Source of the DNA: Saprospiraceae bacterium
GTDB taxonomy: Bacteria; Bacteroidota; Bacteroidia; Chitinophagales; Saprospiraceae
Assembly (NCBI GenBank): GCA_033764075.1
Contig: JANRJH010000019.1
Span: 34,541-98,540 of the forward strand
DNA length: 64,000 bases
Direction of reading: 5' to 3'
In this document: piece by piece, positions 27,835 through 37,716 of the stretch
Numbering within the stretch: position 1 is the stretch's first letter
How the letters are laid out: every line of letters begins with the position of its first letter
Program-made: the position numbers and the translations under genes
The notes under the pieces: generated by a model
The model's input: only the letters and a program-made list of their open reading frames with translations
Database searches by the model: none
What the model was told of the DNA's origin: nothing

Positions 27835-28898
27835 AGTGGCAGTGCTGAGTATCGCTCGACGAACGCCTTGAGCTCGTCCACCATGGCCGGCGAGCCCATG
27901 GCGATGGTGCTGCGCTGGTGCAGTTCGGTGGGTTGCATGTCGAGGATGCGCTTGAGCTGGGTGTTGATGGCTTTTCCGCCGGCTTGTTCGATGATCATGG
28001 ACAAGGGGTTGCACTCGTACAGCAAGCGCAGTTTGCCCTTGGGGTATTTCCGGGTAGCCGGGTAGATGAAAATGCCACCTTTGATGAGGATGCGGTGGAT
28101 GTCGCTCACCATGGAGCCGATGTAGCGCAGGCCGTAGTTTTGGTCGGAGCAGTGGTCGATGTAGCGGCGCATCTCCAGGTCGAACTTGGAGTAGTATCCC
28201 TGGTTGACAGAGTAGTTGTCGCCGTTTTCCGGGATGCGCATGTTGGTGTGGCTGAGGCAGAACTCGCCGATGGAGGGGTCGAGGGTGAAGCCGTTGACCC
28301 CCCGGCCGGTGGTGTACACGAGGATGGTGGACGTGCCATAAAGCACATATCCGGCGGCGACCTGTTTGGTGCCGGGCTGCAGGAAGTCGTCCATGGTGGC
28401 CGGGCTGCCGGGGTCGGACTGGCGGCGGTAGATGGCGAAAATGGTGCCTACGCTCACGTTCACGTCGATGTTGGAAGAGCCGTCGAGCGGATCGAACATC
28501 ACCACATAGTGGCTTTTTTTGGAGCTGCGCGAGGGTATCTGGATGATGTCTTCGTTCTCTTCGGAGGCGATGGCGCAGCATTCTCCGGAGTTTTGCAGGC
28601 ACTCAATGAGCTTGTCGTTGGCGTACACGTCGAGTTTTTGCTGGGCGTCGCCGGAAGCGTTCTGGTTGTCGGCCAGGCCCACGATGTTGACCAGGCCGGC
28701 TTTGTTGACTTCGCGGTTGACGATTTTGGCGGCCACGCCGATGTCGCGCAGCAGCCCGGTGAGCTCACCGGTGGCGTAGTCAAAGTCTTTCTCCTGGCGG
28801 ATGATGAACTCATCGAGGGTAACAATGCGGGTGCCGATGGTGTTGAATTGCGGGAGGCCGTTGCCGTTGTCCGCCGTCTTTTTGGTCGCAGATGCCAT
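27831..28898 (-). CDS. fbp: Class 1 fructose-1,6-bisphosphatase
   Basis: 355 aa with FBPase class 1 motifs (DPLDGSSNID, GKLRLLYE). Confidence 0.93.
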   Translation of the reverse strand: MASATKKTADNGNGLPQFNTIGTRIVTLDEFIIRQEKDFDYATGELTGLLRDIGVAAKIVNREVNKAGLVNIVGLADNQNASGDAQQKLDVYANDKLIECLQNSGECCAIASEENEDIIQIPSRSSKKSHYVVMFDPLDGSSNIDVNVSVGTIFAIYRRQSDPGSPATMDDFLQPGTKQVAAGYVLYGTSTILVYTTGRGVNGFTLDPSIGEFCLSHTNMRIPENGDNYSVNQGYYSKFDLEMRRYIDHCSDQNYGLRYIGSMVSDIHRILIKGGIFIYPATRKYPKGKLRLLYECNPLSMIIEQAGGKAINTQLKRILDMQPTELHQRSTIAMGSPAMVDELKAFVERYSALPL

Positions 28899-28970
28899 GG
28901 TGTAATGTCCGATTTGGTCAGGAAAAAAATGGTTTCAGGCCGCACAAAAGTAGGGGAAAAAGCGTTTGGT

Positions 28971-29082
28971 TGGTAGTTGGTAGTTGGTAGTTGGCTTTCG
29001 GTAGTTGGTAGTCGGCTTTCGGTAGTTGGTAGTTGGCTTTCGGTAGTCGGTAGTCGGCTTTCGGTAGTCGGTAGTCGGCTGG
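28971..29082. repeat. 16 in-phase heptamers ((T/C)GGTAGT and (T/C)GGCTTT) with a 21-bp superperiod
   Basis: Read directly from the sequence. It is the same heptamer family as 19411-19627 and lies between the divergent fbp and ORF 29093. Confidence 0.8.
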
Positions 29083-29092
29083 TAAAAGTGAA

Positions 29093-29500
29093 ATGTTTAT
29101 GAAAGGAATGCGATACAGGTGGTTTTTCTTTTGGGTTATCCTGTTTTGGGGTGCCTGTACGGGTGATGAACCGGAGTTCGTGCCTTTGCCGACAGAGATT
29201 TGCGTGCGTACGCAACACCATGGGCAGCCCATTCCGGACGCGGTGGTGTATGTGAAATACAACGCCGACACTTTTCCCGGGTACGACAAGCCGGCGAATT
29301 ATTTCGACGCTGTTTTTTACACGGGAAAAGATGCGCGCGGTTGCATTCGGTCGGTACCGGAAGGTCGGCACTGGCTGGTGTCTTTTGGGTACGACAGTCT
29401 GTATTATCCGCACAACGTCTGGGGAAGTTTGCCGGTGGAGATTTCGTTGACTTACCGGCCCAAGGTGGACACCGTTTTATATGTGTCGGAGGAGCACTGA
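29093..29500 (+). CDS. Hypothetical lipoprotein
   Basis: 135 aa with a lipobox-like LFWGAC. No recognisable family. Confidence 0.5.
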   Translation: MFMKGMRYRWFFFWVILFWGACTGDEPEFVPLPTEICVRTQHHGQPIPDAVVYVKYNADTFPGYDKPANYFDAVFYTGKDARGCIRSVPEGRHWLVSFGYDSLYYPHNVWGSLPVEISLTYRPKVDTVLYVSEEH

Positions 29501-29504
29501 TGTC

Positions 29505-29536
29505 ATTCGTCCTACGAGTATACTCGTAGGACGAAT
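29505..29536. repeat. REP-like perfect 32-bp palindrome ATTCGTCCTACGAGTATACTCGTAGGACGAAT (copy 1)
   Basis: Perfect palindrome followed by TTTTT, 5 nt after the stop of ORF 29093-29500. Confidence 0.85.
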
Positions 29537-29583
29537 TTTTCCACCAACCATTTGCTGCCTGTGGTTGTTTGTTGGCCGGGCGT

Positions 29584-29615
29584 ATTCGTCCTACGAGTAT
29601 ATTCGTAGGACGAAT
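29584..29615. repeat. REP-like palindrome (copy 2, one mismatch)
   Basis: ATTCGTCCTACGAGTATATTCGTAGGACGAAT, 79 bp downstream of copy 1. Confidence 0.85.
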
Positions 29616-29640
29616 TTTGTCGCAAAACCTCGCATGTTGT

Positions 29641-31428
29641 ATGAAACACCTATCCTACCTCAATAAATTTTTCTGGCGATACCGGCTTCGTTTTGCCCTG
29701 GGTATTTTATTTGTTGGATTGGCCAACTGGTTTCGGGTATGGCAGCCGCAGGTGATCCGCCAGGCGCTGGATACGGTGGTCGATCAGGTGAAGCATTACA
29801 AGGAAATCGGCGGTATTGCCGAGCATCCGGAGGCCGTTGCCGAGTTGAGTCGGCAGATTGCCTGGTTTGGCGCTGCCGTCATCGGTCTGGCCTTGCTCAT
29901 GGGGGTTTTCATGTTTTTCATGCGGCAGAGCATCATTGTGATGAGCCGTCTGATCGAATACGACCTGCGCAAGGAGATTTTTGCCCATTACGAAACCCTT
30001 GACCTGGCGTTTTACAAGCGCAACAGCACCGGCGATCTGATGTCGCGCATTTCTGAAGATGTCTCCAAAGTACGCATGTACCTGGGTCCGGCCATTCTGT
30101 ATGGGCTCGACCTTGTCTTTCTGTTTGCCCTCACCATCACGGCCATGCTGCGCGTGAGCGTCACGCTCACCTTGTGGTCGCTGCTTCCATTGCCTTTCCT
30201 GAGTATTTCGATTTATTACATCAGCACGCTCATCAACCGCAAAAGCGAAAAAATACAGCAACAACTGGCGACCCTCACCAGCACCGCCCAGGAGGTATAC
30301 AGCGGCATCCGCGTAGTGAAAAGCTATGCACAAGAGCAGGCCATGGGCGATTATTTCGCCAACCAAAGCGAGACTTACCGCCGCAAAGCCCTGGGCCTGG
30401 TGCGTGTCGACGCCTTTTTCTTTCCGCTCATGTTGCTCATGATCGGCGCCAGCACCATCATTACCGTATACGTGGGTGGCTTGCAGGCCGTGGCGGGCAA
30501 GATTACCGCCGGAAACATCGCCGAGTTCGTCATTTACATCAACATGCTCACCTGGCCAGTGACGGCCATCGGTTGGATCGCCTCCCTCACCCAACAGGCA
30601 GCCGCTTCGCAAAAGCGCATCAACGAGTTCCTGAATACCCAGCCGACCATTGTCAGCCCGGTAAACGACCCGCGACCGCTCCAGGGGCACATCGTCTTTG
30701 AAAACGTCGGCTTCACCTACCCGGATACCGGCATCCGGGCACTCAACGGGATATCCTTTGAGGTGAAACCGGGTGAAAAACTGGCCATCATCGGCAAAAC
30801 CGGCAACGGTAAAACCACCATCGCCGACCTGCTGGTACGTATGTATGACGTGACCGAGGGCCGCATACTGATCGACGGGCGCGACATCCGCCAGCACGAC
30901 CTGGCCAACCTGCGCCGCCGCATCGGGTATGTACCGCAGGACCAGTTCCTGTTCTCCGATTCTGTATACGGGAACATCGCTTTTGGCCGCGACGGTCTCA
31001 CCCGCCAGGACGCCGAATTTTACGCGGCCAGCGCCTCCGTGCACGACGACATCATGGGCCTGCCCAAAGGCTACGACACCGTGGTGGGCGAGCGCGGCGT
31101 CACCCTCTCCGGTGGCCAGAAACAACGCATCAGCATCGCCCGGGCCTTTGCCAAAGAACCCGATATCCTGCTGCTCGACGACTGCCTGTCGGCCGTCGAC
31201 ACCAATACCGAAGCCCGTATTGTGGGCTATCTAAAAGACGCCCTCGCCGCAAAAACAGCCGTCATCATCACCCACCGCATCTACGGTATGCTGGAGTTCG
31301 ACAAGATCATCGTCATCGGCGACGACCACCGGATCGCTGAAATGGGCACCCACGAATCGTTGCTTTCCGCGGGAGGTTACTACGCAGAATTGTTCGAAAA
31401 ACAGTCGGCAGGCGAAATGGCGGAGTAG
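29641..31428 (+). CDS. ABC transporter permease/ATPase fusion (MsbA/MdlB-type exporter)
   Basis: Six-TM domain plus an NBD with GKTGNGKTT, LSGGQKQR and LLLDD. Trimmed to ATG 29641, because the upstream ORF part is translated REP DNA. Confidence 0.9.
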   Translation: MKHLSYLNKFFWRYRLRFALGILFVGLANWFRVWQPQVIRQALDTVVDQVKHYKEIGGIAEHPEAVAELSRQIAWFGAAVIGLALLMGVFMFFMRQSIIVMSRLIEYDLRKEIFAHYETLDLAFYKRNSTGDLMSRISEDVSKVRMYLGPAILYGLDLVFLFALTITAMLRVSVTLTLWSLLPLPFLSISIYYISTLINRKSEKIQQQLATLTSTAQEVYSGIRVVKSYAQEQAMGDYFANQSETYRRKALGLVRVDAFFFPLMLLMIGASTIITVYVGGLQAVAGKITAGNIAEFVIYINMLTWPVTAIGWIASLTQQAAASQKRINEFLNTQPTIVSPVNDPRPLQGHIVFENVGFTYPDTGIRALNGISFEVKPGEKLAIIGKTGNGKTTIADLLVRMYDVTEGRILIDGRDIRQHDLANLRRRIGYVPQDQFLFSDSVYGNIAFGRDGLTRQDAEFYAASASVHDDIMGLPKGYDTVVGERGVTLSGGQKQRISIARAFAKEPDILLLDDCLSAVDTNTEARIVGYLKDALAAKTAVIITHRIYGMLEFDKIIVIGDDHRIAEMGTHESLLSAGGYYAELFEKQSAGEMAE

Positions 31429-31472
31429 ATTTTTGGCAAAAACAGTTTAACTTTGTACAACATTCTACCCTG

Positions 31473-32135
31473 ATGCACACCGATCTGCTCGCCGCCGTAT
31501 TGAACGACCCCAACGCCCCCGGCATCGTGGAGGCCGCCTCGGCTGTGCTGGCCGAAGAACGCCGCCGCCGGCAGGAGTTTCGCGCCTGGGTGAGTGAAGA
31601 GGTGAAGGCCGAATTCATCAATGGAGAAGTCGTGCTGCACTCGCCGGTTAAACGGCGGCATCGCCTCGCTTCCGAACTGTTGTTTCAATTGCTCAACATC
31701 TATGTGACCGTCAAAAACTTAGGTGAAGCGGGCCACGAAAAGGCTATGGTTTCCCTCACCCGAAACGACTACGAGCCCGACATCTGTTTTTGGTCTGTTG
31801 CCAAGTCCGACTTGTTTGACGACGAAACCATGCTCCACCCCGCTCCCGATTTTGTGGTGGAGATTCTCTCCAAACGCACCGCCAAAACAGACCGCACCGT
31901 AAAATTTTCAGACTACGCCCGCCACGGTGTGCGCGAATACTGGCTGATCGACCCTGTCAAACAACGCGTGGAACAATACGGACTGCTGACCGAAAAAGAT
32001 ACCGAATACATCCCCTTCGGCAAATTCGCGCCCGGCGAGGACATCAGCAGCATCGCCATCCCGGGTTTTACCATCCCGGTGGCGGCTATTTTCGACAAAA
32101 AGGCGAATCTGGAGGCGTTGAAGGTGCTGGTTTAG
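31473..32135 (+). CDS. Uma2 (DUF820) family endonuclease
   Basis: Motifs EFINGEVVLHSP, PDICF, PDFVVEILS and EYWLIDP. Confidence 0.8.
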   Translation: MHTDLLAAVLNDPNAPGIVEAASAVLAEERRRRQEFRAWVSEEVKAEFINGEVVLHSPVKRRHRLASELLFQLLNIYVTVKNLGEAGHEKAMVSLTRNDYEPDICFWSVAKSDLFDDETMLHPAPDFVVEILSKRTAKTDRTVKFSDYARHGVREYWLIDPVKQRVEQYGLLTEKDTEYIPFGKFAPGEDISSIAIPGFTIPVAAIFDKKANLEALKVLV

Positions 32136-32986
32136 CCTTTGCCCTGAAAAAAAGCCGCAATTTCCCGATACACCTGCTCATCCTGCAATTCATGGCCCAG
32201 GTGTTCGGTTATCAGCAGTTTTCCGTGCTTCAGCGCAGTTTCATACCGAAGCGCGTCCTGTAATTTGGCCATAGGGTCGTACCGGTCGTGCACCACCAGT
32301 GTGGGCAGTTCGATGCGCCGGCAAAAGTCCGCCACCGAAAAATAGGAAACCGGATTGCCAAAACGTTTTTCAAAGTAGCGGCGAACGCCCTCCTGTGTGT
32401 TTTCGTTGAGCCGCAGTATTTTGTTGAAATGGTTGGTGATGTCTGTCAGGTCGGAAGGCGCCCCCAGCAGGACAATTTTTTGCACCGCAGGTGCATCGAA
32501 ATGGGTGACCAGGTAGCTCACCGTCATGCCCCCCACCGAATGCCCGACCAGGTACCGAACCGAATGTCGCTTCATAAAAGCCTCCACGGCCTCCGCGTAG
32601 AGGTACGCGTTGAATATCCGTCCGCCCGACTGCCCATGCGCCGGGGCGTCAATTGCCGCCACGGCAAACCCCTGCTGTTCAAGATACGGCCCCAGGCGCC
32701 GCCATCTCCCGGCGTTACTTTGCCACCCGTGAAGCAGGAGCACCGTCTCTTCCGACTTGCCGGGCCAGACATACGTGTTGATGCGTATGCCGCTGCGCGT
32801 TTTGACTTCCGACTGGCGTGCTCGCTCCAGAAACGGCCTGTCTTTTTCCTTGATGGCCCCGCCACGCGGGGTGCAGAACAGGGCAAAGGCTTTTTCCGCC
32901 GCTTTTTCGGGCGCCACCCGGTACAAGGCGTTGTAATAACGCCCCAAGGCGTACGGCAACATTTTTTCGACAATTCGCCTGGGCAT
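32132..32986 (-). CDS. Alpha/beta hydrolase
   Basis: Nucleophile elbow GHSVGG, with an HG oxyanion motif (LLHGW). Confidence 0.8.
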   Translation of the reverse strand: MPRRIVEKMLPYALGRYYNALYRVAPEKAAEKAFALFCTPRGGAIKEKDRPFLERARQSEVKTRSGIRINTYVWPGKSEETVLLLHGWQSNAGRWRRLGPYLEQQGFAVAAIDAPAHGQSGGRIFNAYLYAEAVEAFMKRHSVRYLVGHSVGGMTVSYLVTHFDAPAVQKIVLLGAPSDLTDITNHFNKILRLNENTQEGVRRYFEKRFGNPVSYFSVADFCRRIELPTLVVHDRYDPMAKLQDALRYETALKHGKLLITEHLGHELQDEQVYREIAAFFQGKG

Positions 32987-33078
32987 GGTAAGGTGTTTAA
33001 TCTGTCAAACAAGCAGAACGTCGTGATGGTTGCCGGGCTGTTTCATCCTACCTTTGCAGTTCAACACGAGCATGACCG

Positions 33079-33630
33079 ATGAAGGAATCCGCTGAACATT
33101 TTTCTGAAAAAGAACCCCGGCGCGTATATACGAACGGCGTCGCGGCGCTCATCCCCCCGGACCAATGGGCGGCCTTTGCCAAACCGTTTATCGTGCTGGA
33201 AGCGGCCGGCGGTCTGGTCCAAAACCCGTCGGGCGAATTGCTGGTTTTTTACCGACGCGGCTCCTGGGACATGCCCAAGGGCAAAATAGACCCCGGCGAA
33301 ACCCCGGAACAGGCTGCTTTGCGCGAGGTGAAAGAGGAAACCGGCCTGAAAAACCTCGCCCTAGGCGCTTTCATAGGGCACACCTACCACACCTACGAGC
33401 AAAAAGGCAAATCATACCTGAAAAAAACCTGGTGGTACCGCATGACCACCACGCAGCACGACACCATCCCGCAAACCGAGGAGGACATCGAGGAGATCCG
33501 CTGGGTAAATCCGTCCGAATGGCTGGAAACCGAAAAGGCTGTGTACGGCAATATCCGGGATGTGATCGAGATGGTCGGCCTCAGCCCTTCAGGTACGCCC
33601 CCAGATCCGGGTACCATTTCAGGTATTTGA
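33079..33630 (+). CDS. NUDIX hydrolase
   Basis: Nudix box GKIDPGETPEQAALREVKEETGL. Confidence 0.85.
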   Translation: MKESAEHFSEKEPRRVYTNGVAALIPPDQWAAFAKPFIVLEAAGGLVQNPSGELLVFYRRGSWDMPKGKIDPGETPEQAALREVKEETGLKNLALGAFIGHTYHTYEQKGKSYLKKTWWYRMTTTQHDTIPQTEEDIEEIRWVNPSEWLETEKAVYGNIRDVIEMVGLSPSGTPPDPGTISGI

Positions 33631-35725
33631 CGGCTTCCGCCCGCGAGATTCGCCGTCCGTTGCGGTAAGGCATCACGGTCGCCTGCGGGAATCCCAGCGC
33701 ACGCAGTTCGTTGCGCAGCGCCACCGCTTCGCTGTACGCGCGAACCCAGCCCACGGTATAGCGATACTCCCCGCTGCCGGCAATGCTCTCGATGTGCTGG
33801 TCGTTGAACATGCCCAGGGCGTCGTTGTTCAGCAGCTGGCGGCTGATGGCCACCTCCACTTTATAGGACAGCCCTTCATTCCGGTCGCGAAACTGTTTTT
33901 CGGCGGCGGCGTACAAATACTCGGGAATTTCAGCCGCCGGTGTGTTTATTTTCAAGGGCGCGGGGTCGGCGCTCCACAGCAGCCGGAACGTGATGCGCCG
34001 GTTGAAGGCCTGCCCGGTGGGGTTCACCTCGCCGTTGACCACATTAAGCGCCTGCGGGTAGAACGGGCCGCCACTGAGCAGCTCAATACGCCCGGGCTGG
34101 ATGCCGCGATCCACCAGCGCCTTGCCCACTACCTCGGCGCGTTTGATGCCGTAGTACAGGTCAAATTTCGCCGGACCCGATTCGTGGGTGTGCACTTGCA
34201 CCTGGACGACGGCGTCCGGGTATTTGCCGGCCAGATCGGCTACCTGTGCGATCACCGGCAGGTTTTCTTTTTTCAGGATGTCGCGTTCGTCTGTGTAAAA
34301 CAGCTGCGGGATCATTGCTTCTGTGCTGCCTCCGCCTGTCGGCGCAGCAGCAGCGGCAAAGAAGGGCTGTCCCTGTTCCGCCTGTTCTTCGCGCGTGCTG
34401 AGGAAATACGCCACGTACAGGTCGCGTTGCCCCAGCCCCCCAAAGCGGTCGGACGCCAGAAATGCCGCGTTGCCGTCGGCGGAGAACTGGAACCACGCAT
34501 CGTCGAAAGGGGAGTTGATCGGGGCGCCCATGTTCTCCACGGGTCCGAAGCGTTGACTTTCTGCGTTGAAAACGGCGCGAAATACGTCGAGCCCGCCCAG
34601 GCTTTCCGTCCGGTTGCTGCTGAAATACAGCACCTGCCCGTTGCGCGACAAGAACGGGGTGGTCTCATCGTAGGGTGAGTTGATGCCCGGGCCCAGGTTC
34701 TGGGGCGGAAGCCAGGCGCCATCAGGCCCCTGCCGGCTGTAATAGAGATCGAGTCCTCCGAGGCCTTCCGCCCGTCGGCCGGCAAAAATGACCGCGTTAT
34801 TGGGCAAAAAGCACGCGCTGACCTCACCCTCCGGTGCGTTCATTGGCCCAAGGAAGGGCGGCGGCTGGAGGGCATATTCGTCTTTGGCGCCGGCCGTATC
34901 GGCGTAGATATCGCCGCTGAAGGTGGTGAACCCCCTGAAGTAAAAAAGCACCTTGCCGTCCGGACTAAAGCCCAGCGGTGCTTCGTGCCGCGGGGTGTTC
35001 ATCAGGCTGTTGAGCGGGGAGGCGTAGTCCCAGCCACTGCTACCCTGGTCGGCAAAATAGATGTCGGAGCACCAGTTGCCGGTAATTTCGTTTTCGTATC
35101 CCTTTTCATCGCGGCGCCCGCCGGTGCTGCCGGGTTTGGCGGCGGCAAAGTAGAGGCGGTTGGGGCGACTCGGGGAGAGCAGGGGCGCGTAGTCGTCGCC
35201 GGTGCTGTTGATGCGGTCGCCCAGTCCTTCCACGAGCGCCACCTCGGCGTTGGCGGGCGTGTACACGGCGGTTGCGCAGCGGCGTATGTTGTCGATGGCG
35301 TTGGCGCGGAAGGGGTGCTTCTCGGGGGCTACGCGGAGGTACCCTTTGTAGGCTTCAATGGCCCTGGTGTAGGCGCCGGCACCGTGCCAGGTTCGGCCGA
35401 GGTAGTAAAACAGGTCGGGGTCCTTGCTGTCCGTTTTTTTGCTGAGCACATACTCCAGATACTGCTGCGCTTTGTCGCCCTGCCGCAGGTGGAAGTGGCA
35501 GATGCCCAGGCGCGTGAGTACATCCAACTCCCCCGGTTTGGCTTCCTGATATTGCGTGTAGGCGGTGACCGCCTCGGCCCACTGGCCGGCGGCATACGCC
35601 TTATCGGCGGTTTTTCGGAAATCGGCGGGCGTTTGTGCCCATATGCCGGACAAGGTCAGCACGGTAAACGCAAACAAAAGGCCGCAGCGCAGGGTATTGA
35701 ACGGGTAAACCATAGATCGTTTCAT
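33581..35725 (-). CDS. OmpA-family protein with N-terminal TPR and PD40/WD40-like repeats
   Basis: Signal peptide, TPR region, repeated FxSxRxGGxGxxDLY motifs and an OmpA-like domain (NRRITF). The C-terminal part resembles a SPOR domain. Confidence 0.8.
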   Translation of the reverse strand: MKRSMVYPFNTLRCGLLFAFTVLTLSGIWAQTPADFRKTADKAYAAGQWAEAVTAYTQYQEAKPGELDVLTRLGICHFHLRQGDKAQQYLEYVLSKKTDSKDPDLFYYLGRTWHGAGAYTRAIEAYKGYLRVAPEKHPFRANAIDNIRRCATAVYTPANAEVALVEGLGDRINSTGDDYAPLLSPSRPNRLYFAAAKPGSTGGRRDEKGYENEITGNWCSDIYFADQGSSGWDYASPLNSLMNTPRHEAPLGFSPDGKVLFYFRGFTTFSGDIYADTAGAKDEYALQPPPFLGPMNAPEGEVSACFLPNNAVIFAGRRAEGLGGLDLYYSRQGPDGAWLPPQNLGPGINSPYDETTPFLSRNGQVLYFSSNRTESLGGLDVFRAVFNAESQRFGPVENMGAPINSPFDDAWFQFSADGNAAFLASDRFGGLGQRDLYVAYFLSTREEQAEQGQPFFAAAAAPTGGGSTEAMIPQLFYTDERDILKKENLPVIAQVADLAGKYPDAVVQVQVHTHESGPAKFDLYYGIKRAEVVGKALVDRGIQPGRIELLSGGPFYPQALNVVNGEVNPTGQAFNRRITFRLLWSADPAPLKINTPAAEIPEYLYAAAEKQFRDRNEGLSYKVEVAISRQLLNNDALGMFNDQHIESIAGSGEYRYTVGWVRAYSEAVALRNELRALGFPQATVMPYRNGRRISRAEAVKYLKWYPDLGAYLKG

Positions 35726-36760
35726 TTAGGGGATCACCGACGTGAACTGTTTCAAAAAACGAACATCGTTTTCAAACAACAGACGAATATCCGGAATGCC
35801 GAACAACCGCAACGCCTGTCGTTCGATGCCCATGCCGAAAGCATACCCGCTGTACCGCTCGGGGTCAATGCCGCAGTTCGCCAAAACCTGGGGGTCTACC
35901 ATACCGCAGCCCAGTATCTCCAGCCAGCCGGTGCCTTTGGTGAGGCGTTCGTTTTCGGGTGTGTCGGTGCCCAGCCAGATGTCCATCTCGGCACTGGGCT
36001 CGGTGAAAGGGAAAAAGGACGGCCGCAAGCGGATGCGGGGGGCGCCGAACATATCCTGGGCAAACTGGAAAAGCACCTGCTTCATGTCGGCAAACGACAC
36101 CCCTTCGTCGATGTACAACCCCTCCACCTGGTGAAATTGCGCGTGGGAGCGGGCCGAGATCGTCTCGTTGCGGTACACCCGGCCCGGCGCAATGATGCGG
36201 ATGGGCGGCTGCCGTTTTTCCATCACCCGGGCCTGCACGGGCGAGGTGTGGGTGCGCAGGAGCATGCCCGGTGCATCCACAATGTAAAAGGTGTCCTGCA
36301 TGTCGCGCGCAGGGTGGTCTTCCGGCGTGTTCATGGCCGTGAAATTGTACCAGTCGGATTCCAGCTCGGGCCCGTCGGCCACCGCAAAACCCATGCGGGC
36401 AAAGATGTCCACAATGCGCTGCATGGTGAGGGCTACCGGATGCCGGGCGCCCAGCGGCAACGGCTCGCCGGGCGCGGTCAGGTCCAGGCGGCGGGCGGCA
36501 GCGGACGCTGCCTGGGCTTCAAATGCCTCGCGCAACGCCTGGAATTTTTGCTCGGCGTCCTCCTTGAGCCGGTTGATGCGCTGGCCGTATTCCTTCTTGC
36601 GTTCATTGGGCACCGTTTTGATGCCCTCCATCAGGGTTTTTACCAGGCCTTTGGAGCCCAGATAGCGAATGCGAAACTGCTCCAGTGCCTCCGGTGAGGC
36701 CGGATGCTCGGCGGCTATGGCGTCAATAGCTTCTTCGACTTGTTCGAATGGGTCGGACAT
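35726..36760 (-). CDS. pheS: Phenylalanine--tRNA ligase alpha subunit
   Basis: 344 aa with class II aaRS motifs (HPARDMQDTF, FRNE, GMGIER). Confidence 0.95.
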   Translation of the reverse strand: MSDPFEQVEEAIDAIAAEHPASPEALEQFRIRYLGSKGLVKTLMEGIKTVPNERKKEYGQRINRLKEDAEQKFQALREAFEAQAASAAARRLDLTAPGEPLPLGARHPVALTMQRIVDIFARMGFAVADGPELESDWYNFTAMNTPEDHPARDMQDTFYIVDAPGMLLRTHTSPVQARVMEKRQPPIRIIAPGRVYRNETISARSHAQFHQVEGLYIDEGVSFADMKQVLFQFAQDMFGAPRIRLRPSFFPFTEPSAEMDIWLGTDTPENERLTKGTGWLEILGCGMVDPQVLANCGIDPERYSGYAFGMGIERQALRLFGIPDIRLLFENDVRFLKQFTSVIP

Positions 36761-36886
36761 GAAATCTTAATTTGCTCCGCAAAGGTCGTAAAAATTGGAC
36801 AGGATGGGCGGGGTTTTGGATACCAGTTGGTTAGGTTATTGACAGAATGCTCCGGAGTCAGTCTGACCGACAACTTATTATCGGAC

Positions 36887-37669
36887 TCACATCCCATCCC
36901 AATCAAACCATACCCGCGAAAAGTCCCCTTGTTTGAGGTCTTTTTCCCGGATGAAAAAGTGTCCGACGCCGGTGTCGCCCCACATCAGGTCCATCGGCTG
37001 GTCGGAGTCGAGCTGAAAAAGCAGCAGCATGGGATCGTCGGCTTTGCGCGGGTCGTCCTGGGTGAAATACGCATAACCACCCACCTTGTGCCCCTGGGCG
37101 CTCACCGTTTTGTGGTATTCTTCGAGCACGGCCCACTCGTCGGCGCCGAATTGCTGAAAAAAATCGGGCCCGAAGGTCTGCCAGAACCGGTAATCGGTCA
37201 CGGGGGCGACCTCCTCTGCCGCCTCGAAGCGCAAGGGGAACGATTGCCCGGGATGGTGGGGCAGCTCTTCGAACGGGCGATCAACGGGAAAATCGCGGCG
37301 CAGGCGGGCGGGATCGGTCAGCACCTCCGGGAAAAACAGCACCCTGAAAAAATCGCCTTTTGTCTCCTCGTCGAAATTCATGCCGTACAGGTCGTCGTCG
37401 TTGATGAAAAAGCTCAACAGGCCTTTTTCCGGAAACCCGGCCAGGGGGGGCATGTCGGCAAAATTGATCTGGGCCAGGAAAAACAGGGTGCGCCCGTCGG
37501 GCCCTTCCGGAAGAGGGGCGCCCAGCGGCAGGTAGGGGTGCCCGCCGACCTTGCTCTCCCACAGTTCGGTGGCACGGGCGGGCAGGGGGGTGATGCGGCT
37601 GTAGGGCAGGGCCGTCCGGGAAATCTGTTCGCGGAAAGGTTCCAGTGCGGTGGGCAGGGAGAAAGACAT
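36887..37669 (-). CDS. DUF1963 (YwqG-like) domain protein
   Basis: Motifs SKVGGHPYLP, FLAQINFADMP, HKVGGY and LLFQLDSD...MWGDTGVGHFFI. The first ATG is at 37669; the ORF-track start is TTG. Confidence 0.75.
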   Translation of the reverse strand: MSFSLPTALEPFREQISRTALPYSRITPLPARATELWESKVGGHPYLPLGAPLPEGPDGRTLFFLAQINFADMPPLAGFPEKGLLSFFINDDDLYGMNFDEETKGDFFRVLFFPEVLTDPARLRRDFPVDRPFEELPHHPGQSFPLRFEAAEEVAPVTDYRFWQTFGPDFFQQFGADEWAVLEEYHKTVSAQGHKVGGYAYFTQDDPRKADDPMLLLFQLDSDQPMDLMWGDTGVGHFFIREKDLKQGDFSRVWFDWDGM

Positions 37670-37716
37670 GGGCGGTTGTTTGTGTACCAATAAATAAGCG
37701 CTTTCGACAACGCGGT

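Noticed and set aside
27835-28602. Upstream 256 codons of the 398-aa ORF 27406-28602.
   Set aside because: This part overlaps fbp in another frame and is Arg/His/Pro-rich. Only the last 142 codons, starting with a signal peptide at ATG 27834, look like a real DUF2141 protein.
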